32,000 nt of DNA from Delftia acidovorans NBRC 14950 (GTDB lineage: Bacteria; Pseudomonadota; Gammaproteobacteria; Burkholderiales; Burkholderiaceae_C). The position numbers and the translations under genes are program-made. The notes beneath the pieces were generated by a model. That model did no database searches. It was not told where the DNA came from and was given only the letters and a program-made list of their open reading frames with translations. Positions 23,370 to 31,575 of this stretch are shown piece after piece (the first letter of the stretch is position 1; every line of letters starts with the position of its first letter). The stretch is from positions 330,001 through 362,000 of the forward strand of contig NZ_BCZP01000002.1 of assembly GCF_001598795.1 (NCBI RefSeq). The letters run 5' to 3'.

Positions 23370-24512
23370 ATGCGCAGCGTTGAAGAGAGGGGGAACCGCT
23401 TTGACATGCTGCGCTTGACGGCGGCGCTTGCAGTGTTTGTTGCGCACGGAGAGTTTCTTTACCGCCTGCGTCTTGCCGAACCCTTTGCCGGCCACAGCCT
23501 GGGGTCGCTTGCGGTCTATGTATTCTTCTTCATGAGCGGGTATCTGGTATGCCAGAGCTGGATGCGCGAGCCGGTCTGGCATGCCTTCTGGCTGAGGCGG
23601 CTGATGCGGATTTTTCCGGGCCTGATCATGGCCGTGGTTTTCTCGGTTTTCGTCATTGGCTGGGCGATGACCTCGCTTGATTCGCTGCAGTACTGGCAGT
23701 CACCGCAAACCTGGAGTCATCTGATCAACAACATGACAGGGCAGGCCACGGTTCAGATACTGCCGGGCGTATTCGAATCCAATCCCTTTGCCTATACGGT
23801 CAACGGGTCCCTGTGGACGTTGCGGTATGAGCTGGCGATGTACCTTGTGCTGGCCACCTTGGCATGGCTTGCAAGAGGCAAGCGCTGGATCCATCCCCTC
23901 ATGGCTGGCGTACTGGCGATCTTGTGGCAGATGGCCAGAGTCAAGGGGTGGGACCAGGGCCTGGATGCCATCCACACCCCGCTGGTCGATATGTTCCGCT
24001 GGCGGGACTTCTGTGGATTTGGTGTTCCCTTCTTTCTGGGAAGCACGATGGCTGCCTATGGCATACGCCATCGCACATGGATGGCTGCAGTCGCGCTGGT
24101 GCTGGCTGTATGCGCATTGCTCACCGCCAGCACCTGGATGCGCCAGGTGGCAGTATGGGGATTGGTGGCCTGCGCAAGTTTTTATCTTGCCCATGCAGGC
24201 CATGTGGCCGCAAGCCACCGTTGGCGCACCGATCTTTCTTATGGCGTCTACATCTACGCCTTCCCCGTCCAGCAGGCCATGACGGCCATTTGCCTGCGTG
24301 AGGGCTGGTCATTGGGCATCTGCATGCTGCTGTCGCTTGCCTTGACATTGGGCCTGGCCTTGATGTCATGGTATGGCGTGGAACGGCCCTGCATCCGGAT
24401 GGCGCAGCGATGGCTGGCGTTGCCTGGGCGGCGCCTAGGCCTGCAGCCAATTCTTGACCCGGCGTTGCCAGTGCGCGGGAATGCGCCTGGCCACGCCGCG
24501 CAGGATGGGTAG
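23370..24512 (+). CDS. Acyltransferase-3 family membrane O-acyltransferase (second paralogue)
   Basis: ATG 23370 is preceded by AAGGGAG. RFDMLRLTAALAVFVAHG, FFFMSGYLV and SWYGVERPCIRM are present. The last 78 nt overlap the 3' end of the convergent gene. Confidence 0.85.
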   Translation: MRSVEERGNRFDMLRLTAALAVFVAHGEFLYRLRLAEPFAGHSLGSLAVYVFFFMSGYLVCQSWMREPVWHAFWLRRLMRIFPGLIMAVVFSVFVIGWAMTSLDSLQYWQSPQTWSHLINNMTGQATVQILPGVFESNPFAYTVNGSLWTLRYELAMYLVLATLAWLARGKRWIHPLMAGVLAILWQMARVKGWDQGLDAIHTPLVDMFRWRDFCGFGVPFFLGSTMAAYGIRHRTWMAAVALVLAVCALLTASTWMRQVAVWGLVACASFYLAHAGHVAASHRWRTDLSYGVYIYAFPVQQAMTAICLREGWSLGICMLLSLALTLGLALMSWYGVERPCIRMAQRWLALPGRRLGLQPILDPALPVRGNAPGHAAQDG

Positions 24513-27500
24513 CGAGCGTAGATGGGCCAGCAGGATCAAGGCCCCAGATCTTGCCGCATGGTCCTGGCGTTGCAGGCGATGTGTGGCCAGAAAGGCCGCA
24601 TCCAGCGGCTGAAGCAGGGCCTGATCGCGCGGCTGCAGCCCCTGGAGATAACCGTCGCCATAGAAAGTGGTTCCCGGCTGGGCGGCCGCACTCCCTGTCG
24701 CGGTGGGTTGCTGCGGTGGCTGCCCTTCAATGAAGTGGCGTTCGCGTATTTGCGCGAAGAAGTCCAGCCATTGGGCGGCGCTGGCGTCCCAGGGCATGAC
24801 CCAGGACCAGTCGCGGCCCGCCAGCCTTTCGGGAAAGGCCCCTATGTCGGGCGCGACGATCGGCAGCCCGGCGGCCAGGCAGGCGCTCAGGGTGTAGCTG
24901 TAAGTCTCCGGCCATTGGGCAGGGAACCAGGCCAGGTCGGGCTGCAACCACTGCAGCAGAGCAGGCAGTTCTTCTTCCTTGTAGCCGCCGTGCACGGTCA
25001 GGCGTGCGCGTGGCTGGGTCTGCAGGCTGCGGTAGCCATAGCCGAGCAGATGGAATTCCACAGGAGCTCCCCGCTTGGCGGCTTCGATCGCCACGGCTTC
25101 CAGTACGTCGGCGCCCTTGATGGCGCTCATGGCTCCCAGTACGACGATCTTGAGCGGGGCCGTGGCGGCCAGCGGGTGTGCCACCGGGGCCGGCAACTGT
25201 GCCGGCAGGTCGGTGTGGGCAACCGCCTGGACGCGGGCACCGGGCACGAAACCGGAGATCCGGCTGGCCGTGTCCTGGCTGGGGGCCAGCACATGGCGCG
25301 CGTTGTTCAGCAGCAGCGCATTGCGGTGGCGCCACTGGGCCACGGTGCCGGCATAGGGGGCTGTGTCCGTGGGTTCGCAGCAGCCGCACTCGCCCGCGCG
25401 GGGCGGCACGACGTAGCGGTTGTCGATGCCGGTCAGCGAGATGTTCTTGCAGTAGGTATAGAAATCATGGGCCGTGAAGTCATGGGCCGCACCCAGACGG
25501 GCGGGAAGGTCCAGGATGGCTTCGCTATGGCCCAGGAGATGCTGGTAGTGCACATGCACCACGCCCAGCTGGCGCAGGGCCTGTACCAGCTCCTCCATCT
25601 GGTCGTTGATGCGGAAGGCGAGCTCGAATGCTTCCTTCTCCTCGGCACGGCGCAGGACCACGACGCCACCGGCGGCCGGGGACAGCATGAGGAACAACGC
25701 CTTGCCTTGCAGGAACTGCGCCAGTTCGCGCACATGGCGCACCGTGCCGCCCGCCCGGTCGTGGAGCACGGCCAGCACCACAGGCTGGTGTGCGGCCTCT
25801 GCCTGCAGGCGTGCCACGTCCAGCGCAAGGCGTGCGGTGCGCGCAGGGTCGGCCTGGACGAAGGCCATGACATCGGCTTCGTAGCGCGGATGCAGGCGGC
25901 GCAGGGTTTCCATGGCGGCACGTTCGCGCGGGCTCTTGCTTTCTCCGAAGCTCACGCCGCCAGTGTGCAGCACGAAGGTGTCCAGCAAATGCAGGTTGCG
26001 CCAGCCAGCGGCTGCGGCACGCTGGCAGAAGTCGTTTTCTTCGCCATAGCCCTTGCCGAAGTGCTCGGTATCGAACAGGCCGACGGCGTTCAGGCTGTCG
26101 CGGCGGATGTACATGCAAAAGCCCACGCCGGTGGGCACGTCCACCACCTGGCCGGGGTTGGTGCGCGCGCACAGTGCGTCGATGGCGGCGGTGTCCATGC
26201 CGGGCGGCAGATCGTTGCCCTCGCAAAAGCGCGGGTAGCTGCAGATGGTGGCGTTGTTGGAGAACGGAGTGACGGAGGCGATGCGTGCATCGCCGTAGGC
26301 AGCCTGGCGGATGCGGTCCAGCCAGTCATTGGCGACCACGGTGTCGCTGTTGAGCAGCAGCACGTCATGGGCGGTGTTCAGCGCCATGCCCCGGTTGACG
26401 GTACCGACGAAGCCGAGGTTCTCCTCGTTCTCCAGCAGGGTGATGCGGGGCTCCTGTGCCGCCTTCTCGCGCAGCCAGGCCGTGACTTCGGGCTCCGGGC
26501 TGGCATCGTTGATGACCACCAGTTGCCAGTGCGTGCGGCAGGGGCTGGCCAGCACGGATTCGATGCAGTTGCGTGTGTCGTCCAGCCCCCGGTACACGGG
26601 CACGATCACATCGACGGGCTGCTGGGGCATCGGCTGCGGTACGGGGGTATGGAGGACAGGGGCAGGCACGGGCGTGCGGCCCAGCAGGCGGTCAATGCGC
26701 ATCTTGGCGTGGACGAGGGGGCGCGTGGCCCGGAAGACGGTGGAGTTCTCTATGTCGCGCAGGTGTTGTTCCAGCCGTGCGAAGTCCCGCTGTACGCGGG
26801 TGGCTTCCTGTTGCCAGATGGCGCGCTCCTTGCTCTGTGACTGGTGGCTGTCTTCCAGGAGGGCATTGCGGTGCTGCAGCCTATGGATCGCAGCGCTGTG
26901 CTCTTCCAGTTGCTGGACATCCTGCGCATGCTGCTGCTCAAGCAGCATGCGCTGTGTGTTCCACTGATCCTGCAGATCATTGGCCCGGCTGCGCTCCTGC
27001 GCGATCTGTCGTTCAAGCGGCTGCACGGCGCCAGCCAGCGCCAGATAGTCGGCCGACATGGGCCATCCCATCTCGATCTCCAGCGAGGCGCCACGCAGCG
27101 CAGCTAGGGTTTCTGCAGGAATGGGCAGTTCGAACCAAGGGTCATCGCCGGTCAGCAGCAGCATCAGCGAGAAGGCGCCTGCCGGATGAAGTCCATTCCA
27201 CACGAGCTGATGATGCGGGCGTTGCCCCAGCAAGGCGGCGTCCGAATCCTCGGGCAGCCATTGCCAGACGACGGCGCCTTGCGCATCGAACAAGGCCAGC
27301 CGGTGCAGATGTACGAAGCCCGGCCGGTCGGCCAAGTCCAGGCGCAGATGGCTCAGCGAAGTGTTGTGGTCGGGCAGTGCAAAGCGCAATGTCTGACGTG
27401 CCTGGCCAATGATGCCGGTGGTGGAGAGCTTGCTCTCTTCCTCATAGCGGCCAGCGCGCGCCATGTAGAGCTGGGCCGTGAACAGTGCATGCCCTTGGGG

Positions 27501-28226
27501 GTAGTTCAGTGGCGGCTCGATGGGCAGCGCCTGGGCGGCGGGCGCCGCACTGGCGATGAACTGGTAGGCCAGTGCATCGGGCGTGGCCAGAAGGTGGCGG
27601 GCAACGGCAGGGGGCAGGCTGTCGTAGGCGACGCGGAATTCGGATTCGGGAAGAGCGCGCTCGATAGTGTCGATGTCGTCCACCTGCCAGCCTTGCTCGG
27701 CCAGAAAGCGCGACAGCGAGCGCCGCGTGAAAAAGCGCAGGTGGGTGCGGTCCAGCAGGCCTTCTTCGCGGTAGCGGAATTCGCCGTGCAGCAGTTCTGC
27801 CACCAGGCCGCTGTAGCCTGCATTGGGCACGGAGATCAGCAGACGGCCTTCGGGTGTCAGCCGCTTGCGGCAGGCGGCCAGAATGCGCTCGGGCTGGCGC
27901 AGGTGCTCGAGCACGTCGGCGCAGACGATGTAGTCATAGCGCGCGTCGCCGAAGAGCTGGTCCAGGTCGCAGTCCTCCAGGTCGGCCACATGGACATGGC
28001 GGTAGAAGGGCGCGGCATGGCGGGCCTCTTCCTGGCTCAGGGTGACGCCGTCGCAGACGCATTGCTTGTGCTCGGCGAGGAAGGCGCCCAGCGCGCCGCT
28101 GCCGCAGCCCAGATCCAGTATGTGCGCCTGGGCGCGGACATGGCCGGCCAGCACGGACAGCGACGTGCGCTCGTTCAGATCGACGGTGCGCAGGTAGACG
28201 TGGGGATCGGGAATGGGTGTGGTCAT
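24435..28226 (-). CDS. Multidomain O-polysaccharide assembly protein: SAM methyltransferase, beta-rich domain, coiled coil, GT2 and a GT-B glycosyltransferase
   Basis: I chose the internal ATG (CAT 28224-28226, MTTPIPDPHVY...). The 63 upstream codons of ORF 24435..28415 are Arg-rich with no domain. MT motif I is ILDLGCGSGALG. The coiled coil is Q/E/R/L-rich. GT2 motifs are VDVIVPVYRG...VVINDASP...LENEENLGFVGTVNRG...LLNSDT...GEENDFC. The GT-B C-terminal half has KIVVLG...FHLLGYG...YSYTLSACLAAGLPIVAPDIGAFPER. Confidence 0.88.
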   Translation of the reverse strand: MTTPIPDPHVYLRTVDLNERTSLSVLAGHVRAQAHILDLGCGSGALGAFLAEHKQCVCDGVTLSQEEARHAAPFYRHVHVADLEDCDLDQLFGDARYDYIVCADVLEHLRQPERILAACRKRLTPEGRLLISVPNAGYSGLVAELLHGEFRYREEGLLDRTHLRFFTRRSLSRFLAEQGWQVDDIDTIERALPESEFRVAYDSLPPAVARHLLATPDALAYQFIASAAPAAQALPIEPPLNYPQGHALFTAQLYMARAGRYEEESKLSTTGIIGQARQTLRFALPDHNTSLSHLRLDLADRPGFVHLHRLALFDAQGAVVWQWLPEDSDAALLGQRPHHQLVWNGLHPAGAFSLMLLLTGDDPWFELPIPAETLAALRGASLEIEMGWPMSADYLALAGAVQPLERQIAQERSRANDLQDQWNTQRMLLEQQHAQDVQQLEEHSAAIHRLQHRNALLEDSHQSQSKERAIWQQEATRVQRDFARLEQHLRDIENSTVFRATRPLVHAKMRIDRLLGRTPVPAPVLHTPVPQPMPQQPVDVIVPVYRGLDDTRNCIESVLASPCRTHWQLVVINDASPEPEVTAWLREKAAQEPRITLLENEENLGFVGTVNRGMALNTAHDVLLLNSDTVVANDWLDRIRQAAYGDARIASVTPFSNNATICSYPRFCEGNDLPPGMDTAAIDALCARTNPGQVVDVPTGVGFCMYIRRDSLNAVGLFDTEHFGKGYGEENDFCQRAAAAGWRNLHLLDTFVLHTGGVSFGESKSPRERAAMETLRRLHPRYEADVMAFVQADPARTARLALDVARLQAEAAHQPVVLAVLHDRAGGTVRHVRELAQFLQGKALFLMLSPAAGGVVVLRRAEEKEAFELAFRINDQMEELVQALRQLGVVHVHYQHLLGHSEAILDLPARLGAAHDFTAHDFYTYCKNISLTGIDNRYVVPPRAGECGCCEPTDTAPYAGTVAQWRHRNALLLNNARHVLAPSQDTASRISGFVPGARVQAVAHTDLPAQLPAPVAHPLAATAPLKIVVLGAMSAIKGADVLEAVAIEAAKRGAPVEFHLLGYGYRSLQTQPRARLTVHGGYKEEELPALLQWLQPDLAWFPAQWPETYSYTLSACLAAGLPIVAPDIGAFPERLAGRDWSWVMPWDASAAQWLDFFAQIRERHFIEGQPPQQPTATGSAAAQPGTTFYGDGYLQGLQPRDQALLQPLDAAFLATHRLQRQDHAARSGALILLAHLRSLPILRGVARRIPAHWQRRVKNWLQA
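26736..27020 (-). other. Predicted ~95-residue coiled-coil segment inside the multidomain protein
   Basis: LERQIAQERSRANDLQDQWNTQRMLLEQQHAQDVQQLEEHSAAIHRLQHRNALLEDSHQSQSKERAIWQQEATRVQRDFARLEQHLRDIENS has no Pro or Gly and shows heptad-like spacing of L/I/V/A. Confidence 0.6.
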
Positions 28227-28570
28227 AGGAAATGAGGTGCCAGGCGCGGTCCGGGCAGGGATCGATCGCCCGTCATATTCATCTGCGCCAGTCGACCGTG
28301 GCCGGTCCGCAGAGAGCAGCAGGGCACGCCCACGCCAGGCGCAAAAAATCCCGGAAGTCCGGGCGGCAGATTGTCGCGCATCATAATCCCGGCCACCGCA
28401 GTGATTGCTTGGCATGGCGGGTTAATGACATTTTGTGCGGCTGTTGCATTTCCTTGCATCACGGCATACCCGCTGACGCCTTCCGGGCGCCTTCCGCTGA
28501 ATACTCGGAGCCGCCGTTTTTTCGGCGCAGGTATGCGGGTTGGAATTTGAAGATCTGAAGGGCGGCATTG

Positions 28571-29344
28571 ATGGGTTCATCGTTGGTCGTGTCGGTGGTG
28601 AGCCACGGACATGGCGCTCATATACAGAGGCTGCTTGAATGCCTGGGTTCGGCGCGCCTTGCGCCGATGTCCCGCGTGGTGCTGACGCTCAATATTCCCG
28701 AACCGGAGCCCCGGGCTCCAGCGACCGGCTGGCCTTTTGTCCTGGAGATACGGCGCAATGCGCAACCCCTGGGTTTTGGCTGCAACCACAACCGGGCGCT
28801 GGCGAATGCCCGGGAGGCGTTTGTCTGCGTGATCAATCCTGACGTGTACTGGGGAGCGCAGGAAGAGCCGCTGCAAGAGCTTCTGGCGCTGGCGGCCCGG
28901 CCGGGGTTGGCGCTGGCCTATCCCCCGCAGATCGGCGAAGACGGCACGCTGCAGGATTCCGAGCGGGAGCTGCCATCTTTCTGGAATTTGCTGCGACGCA
29001 AGCTGCACGGGCGTGTGGAGCAGCGTGTGGAATGGGTCAATGCGGCTTGCCTGGTGCTGGGCCGGGATAGCTGGATGCGCCTGCGTGGGTTTGACGAAGG
29101 TTTCTATATGTATTGTGAGGATGTGGATCTGTGCCTTCGCCTGCGGGTGCTGGGCGGAGAGCTTCGGCGCGGTGAGTTGCCTGTCGTCCATGCGGGCCAG
29201 AGGGCGAGCCGGCGCAGCCTGCGCCATGGCGCATGGCACGTGGCCAGCCTGCTGCGGCTGTGGAGCCGTCCGGCCTACCGCAAGGCCCGAGCCTTGCCGC
29301 AGGCAGCGCCCTCGCTGCGCAGCCTGCATGGGGAGCCATCGTGA
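28571..29344 (+). CDS. Family 2 glycosyltransferase
   Basis: SLVVSVVSHGHGAHIQRLLECL, NHNRALANA, VINPDVYW and GFDEGFYMYCEDVDLCLRL are GT2 (rhamnosyltransferase-like) motifs. It is divergent from the large minus-strand gene. Confidence 0.82.
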   Translation: MGSSLVVSVVSHGHGAHIQRLLECLGSARLAPMSRVVLTLNIPEPEPRAPATGWPFVLEIRRNAQPLGFGCNHNRALANAREAFVCVINPDVYWGAQEEPLQELLALAARPGLALAYPPQIGEDGTLQDSERELPSFWNLLRRKLHGRVEQRVEWVNAACLVLGRDSWMRLRGFDEGFYMYCEDVDLCLRLRVLGGELRRGELPVVHAGQRASRRSLRHGAWHVASLLRLWSRPAYRKARALPQAAPSLRSLHGEPS

Positions 29345-30453
29345 TCTGGATGGCGGTATTGGCCTTCATGGTGTCTTGCACCGGCTGTGCACTGCTGGTG
29401 CGCTGGGCCGGGCGGTCCTCGACGTCCTCTTACGGATACGACAAGCCGCAGCGCTTTCACATCGGCGAGGTGCCCCGGCTTGGGGGCGTGCCGATGTACC
29501 TCGGACTGGCTGTCTCCTGGGGGGTGGGCACCTGGCTGAGCATGCGCGGAGATCCCTCCTCGCTGCGCATGCAGTTGTGGGTTGTCGTGTGCTTGGCCGC
29601 CATGCTGCCGGCCGTGGTCGGGGGGATCATCGAGGATGTATCGCAGCGCCTGAGCGTGCGTTACCGGCTGGTGCTCACCCTGCTGAGCGCCGTGCTGGCG
29701 GTTTTGCTGTGCGGCCTCACTGTGCCCCGGCTCGGCTGGCCCTGGCTGGAGCAGGCACTGGGTCCGGCCATGCCCTGGCTGGGCATGGGCCTGGCCGTCC
29801 TGGCCCTGACGGGCCTGCCCCATGCCTTCAACATCATCGACGGCTACAACGGGCTGGCCGGCATGGTGGCCACCATCATCTGCCTGGCGCTGGCCCACGT
29901 GGCACTGCAGGTGGGGGACCGGACCCTGGCCGCCATGCTGGTGACGCTGGCCGCCGCCACCTGCGGCTTCCTGGTCTGGAACTACCCGCGCGGCATGATG
30001 TTTGCAGGCGACGGCGGGGCCTATGTCTGGGGGCTGGCGATTGCCCTGGCCAGCATTGCCTTGGTGCAGCGCAATTCCGCAGTCTCGCCATGGTTTCCCA
30101 TGCTGCTGCTGATCTATCCGGTCTGGGAGACGGTGTTCTCCATCTACCGCAAGCTGATGCGCGGCATGTCGCCGGGCATGGCGGATGCCCTGCATTTCCA
30201 CCAGTTGATCTACCGGCGCATCGTGCGCGGTGTGTTCGACGACGATCTGGCACGGCGCATGCTGCGCCGCAATAACCGGACTTCACCCTACCTGTGGGCC
30301 TTCACGCTGCTGACCGTGGTGCCGGCATTGCTGTTTTGGAGCAACACGCCCGTTCTGGTGGGTTTTTGCCTTCTGTTCGTGGTCAGCTATGTGATCGCCT
30401 ATCTGGCCATCGTGCGCTTCAAGCTGCCGGGCTGGATGCAGAACAATGGATGA
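29341..30453 (+). CDS. Polyprenyl-phosphate HexNAc-1-phosphate transferase (WecA/WbpL/MraY family, GT4), initiating enzyme
   Basis: GTG 29341 makes a GTGA overlap with the upstream GT2; ATG 29350 is the alternative start. Polytopic. It carries the HAFNIIDGYNGLAG motif (NxxDGxDGLA-type) and FAGDGGAY. Confidence 0.85.
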   Translation: MIWMAVLAFMVSCTGCALLVRWAGRSSTSSYGYDKPQRFHIGEVPRLGGVPMYLGLAVSWGVGTWLSMRGDPSSLRMQLWVVVCLAAMLPAVVGGIIEDVSQRLSVRYRLVLTLLSAVLAVLLCGLTVPRLGWPWLEQALGPAMPWLGMGLAVLALTGLPHAFNIIDGYNGLAGMVATIICLALAHVALQVGDRTLAAMLVTLAAATCGFLVWNYPRGMMFAGDGGAYVWGLAIALASIALVQRNSAVSPWFPMLLLIYPVWETVFSIYRKLMRGMSPGMADALHFHQLIYRRIVRGVFDDDLARRMLRRNNRTSPYLWAFTLLTVVPALLFWSNTPVLVGFCLLFVVSYVIAYLAIVRFKLPGWMQNNG

Positions 30454-30563
30454 TGGCCGGGCGCCAGTGGGCGTTCCGTCATCCGGGCATGCAACACTGC
30501 CGCGCAGTTGCGGCACAATGCCCGCCTTGTTGTTGACTACTTCCACGCCCCAGGGCTAGCACC

Positions 30564-31454
30564 ATGAACGATATCCTCTCGATTGCCCCCCGCGACAAGG
30601 CCGAAATCCTCGCCCAGGCCCTGCCCTATATCCGCAAGTTCCATGGCAAGACCATGGTCATCAAGTATGGCGGCAACGCCATGACCGATCCGGCCCTGCA
30701 GGCCGACTTCGCGGAAGACGTGGTGCTGCTGAAGTTGGTGGGCATGAATCCGGTGGTGGTGCATGGCGGCGGGCCGCAAATCGAGACGGCTCTCAACCGC
30801 CTGGGCAAGAAGGGCGAGTTCATCCAGGGCATGCGCGTGACCGACGCGGAAACCATGGAAGTCGTGGAATGGGTGCTGGCCGGCGAGGTGCAGCAGGACA
30901 TCGTGGGCCTGATCCACCAGGCCGGTGGCAAGGCCGTGGGCCTGACAGGGCGCGATGGTGGCCTGATCCGCGCACGCAAGCTCAAGATGGTCGACAACAA
31001 GGATCCGAACATCGAGTACGACGTGGGCCAGGTGGGCGACATCGTCTCCATCGACCCCAGCGTGGTACGCGCGCTGCAGGATGACGCCTTCATCCCCGTG
31101 ATCAGCCCCATCGGCTTTGGCGAGGAAAACGAGAGCTACAACATCAACGCCGACGTGGTCGCCAGCAAGCTGGCCACCGTGCTGCAGGCCGAAAAGCTGG
31201 TGCTGCTGACCAACACTCCCGGCGTGCTGGACAAGGCCGGCAGCCTGCTGACCGACCTCACGGCACGCGAGATCGACGCCCTGTTCGCCGACGGCACCAT
31301 CTCGGGCGGCATGCTGCCCAAGATCAGCGGCGCCCTGGATGCCGCCAAGGCGGGAGTCAACGCCGTGCACATCATCGACGGCCGCGTGCCGCATGCCATG
31401 CTGCTGGAAATCCTGACCGACCAGGCCTACGGCACCATGATCCGCAGCCATTGA
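30564..31454 (+). CDS. argB: N-acetylglutamate kinase
   Basis: [43 protein letters not shown] and ISGGMLPKI. 296 aa. Confidence 0.95.
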   Translation: MNDILSIAPRDKAEILAQALPYIRKFHGKTMVIKYGGNAMTDPALQADFAEDVVLLKLVGMNPVVVHGGGPQIETALNRLGKKGEFIQGMRVTDAETMEVVEWVLAGEVQQDIVGLIHQAGGKAVGLTGRDGGLIRARKLKMVDNKDPNIEYDVGQVGDIVSIDPSVVRALQDDAFIPVISPIGFGEENESYNINADVVASKLATVLQAEKLVLLTNTPGVLDKAGSLLTDLTAREIDALFADGTISGGMLPKISGALDAAKAGVNAVHIIDGRVPHAMLLEILTDQAYGTMIRSH

Positions 31455-31537
31455 GGCCCGATGGCGCGGACTTTGCGGTTCGCGTTACCATCGCGCATGG
31501 CCCGGGCGTGGTCTGACGGCCTGGGCCGGTTTGCTGC

Positions 31538-31566
31538 AAGCCGCCTTTGGGCGGCTTTTGTTTTTT
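31538..31566 (+). terminator. Rho-independent terminator after argB
   Basis: aagccgcc-tttg-ggcggctt followed by ttgtttttt. Confidence 0.8.
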
Positions 31567-31575
31567 AGGTTTGAT

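Noticed and set aside
24522-26840. 772-aa plus-strand ORF (and 27186..28235, 349 aa) opposite the multidomain glycosyltransferase
   Set aside because: The minus-strand frame shows contiguous MT, GT2 and GT-B motifs. The plus-strand products are low-complexity shadows.
28227-28415. 63-codon N-terminal extension of the giant ORF given in the ORF track (start at 28415)
   Set aside because: The extension (MPSNHCGGRDYDARQSAARTSG...) is Arg-rich with no similarity to methyltransferase N-termini. The domain begins right after the internal ATG at 28226. A longer form cannot be fully excluded without N-terminal data.
28232-28558. 108-aa ORF in the divergent spacer between the giant gene and the GT2 gene
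   Set aside because: The product is Arg/His-rich with no Shine-Dalgarno and no domain. The region is better explained as a ~340-bp divergent promoter spacer.
29013-30275. 420-aa plus-strand and 308-aa minus-strand ORFs over the GT2 and WecA-like genes
   Set aside because: They are out-of-frame or antisense shadows of genes with clear GT2 and PNPT motifs.
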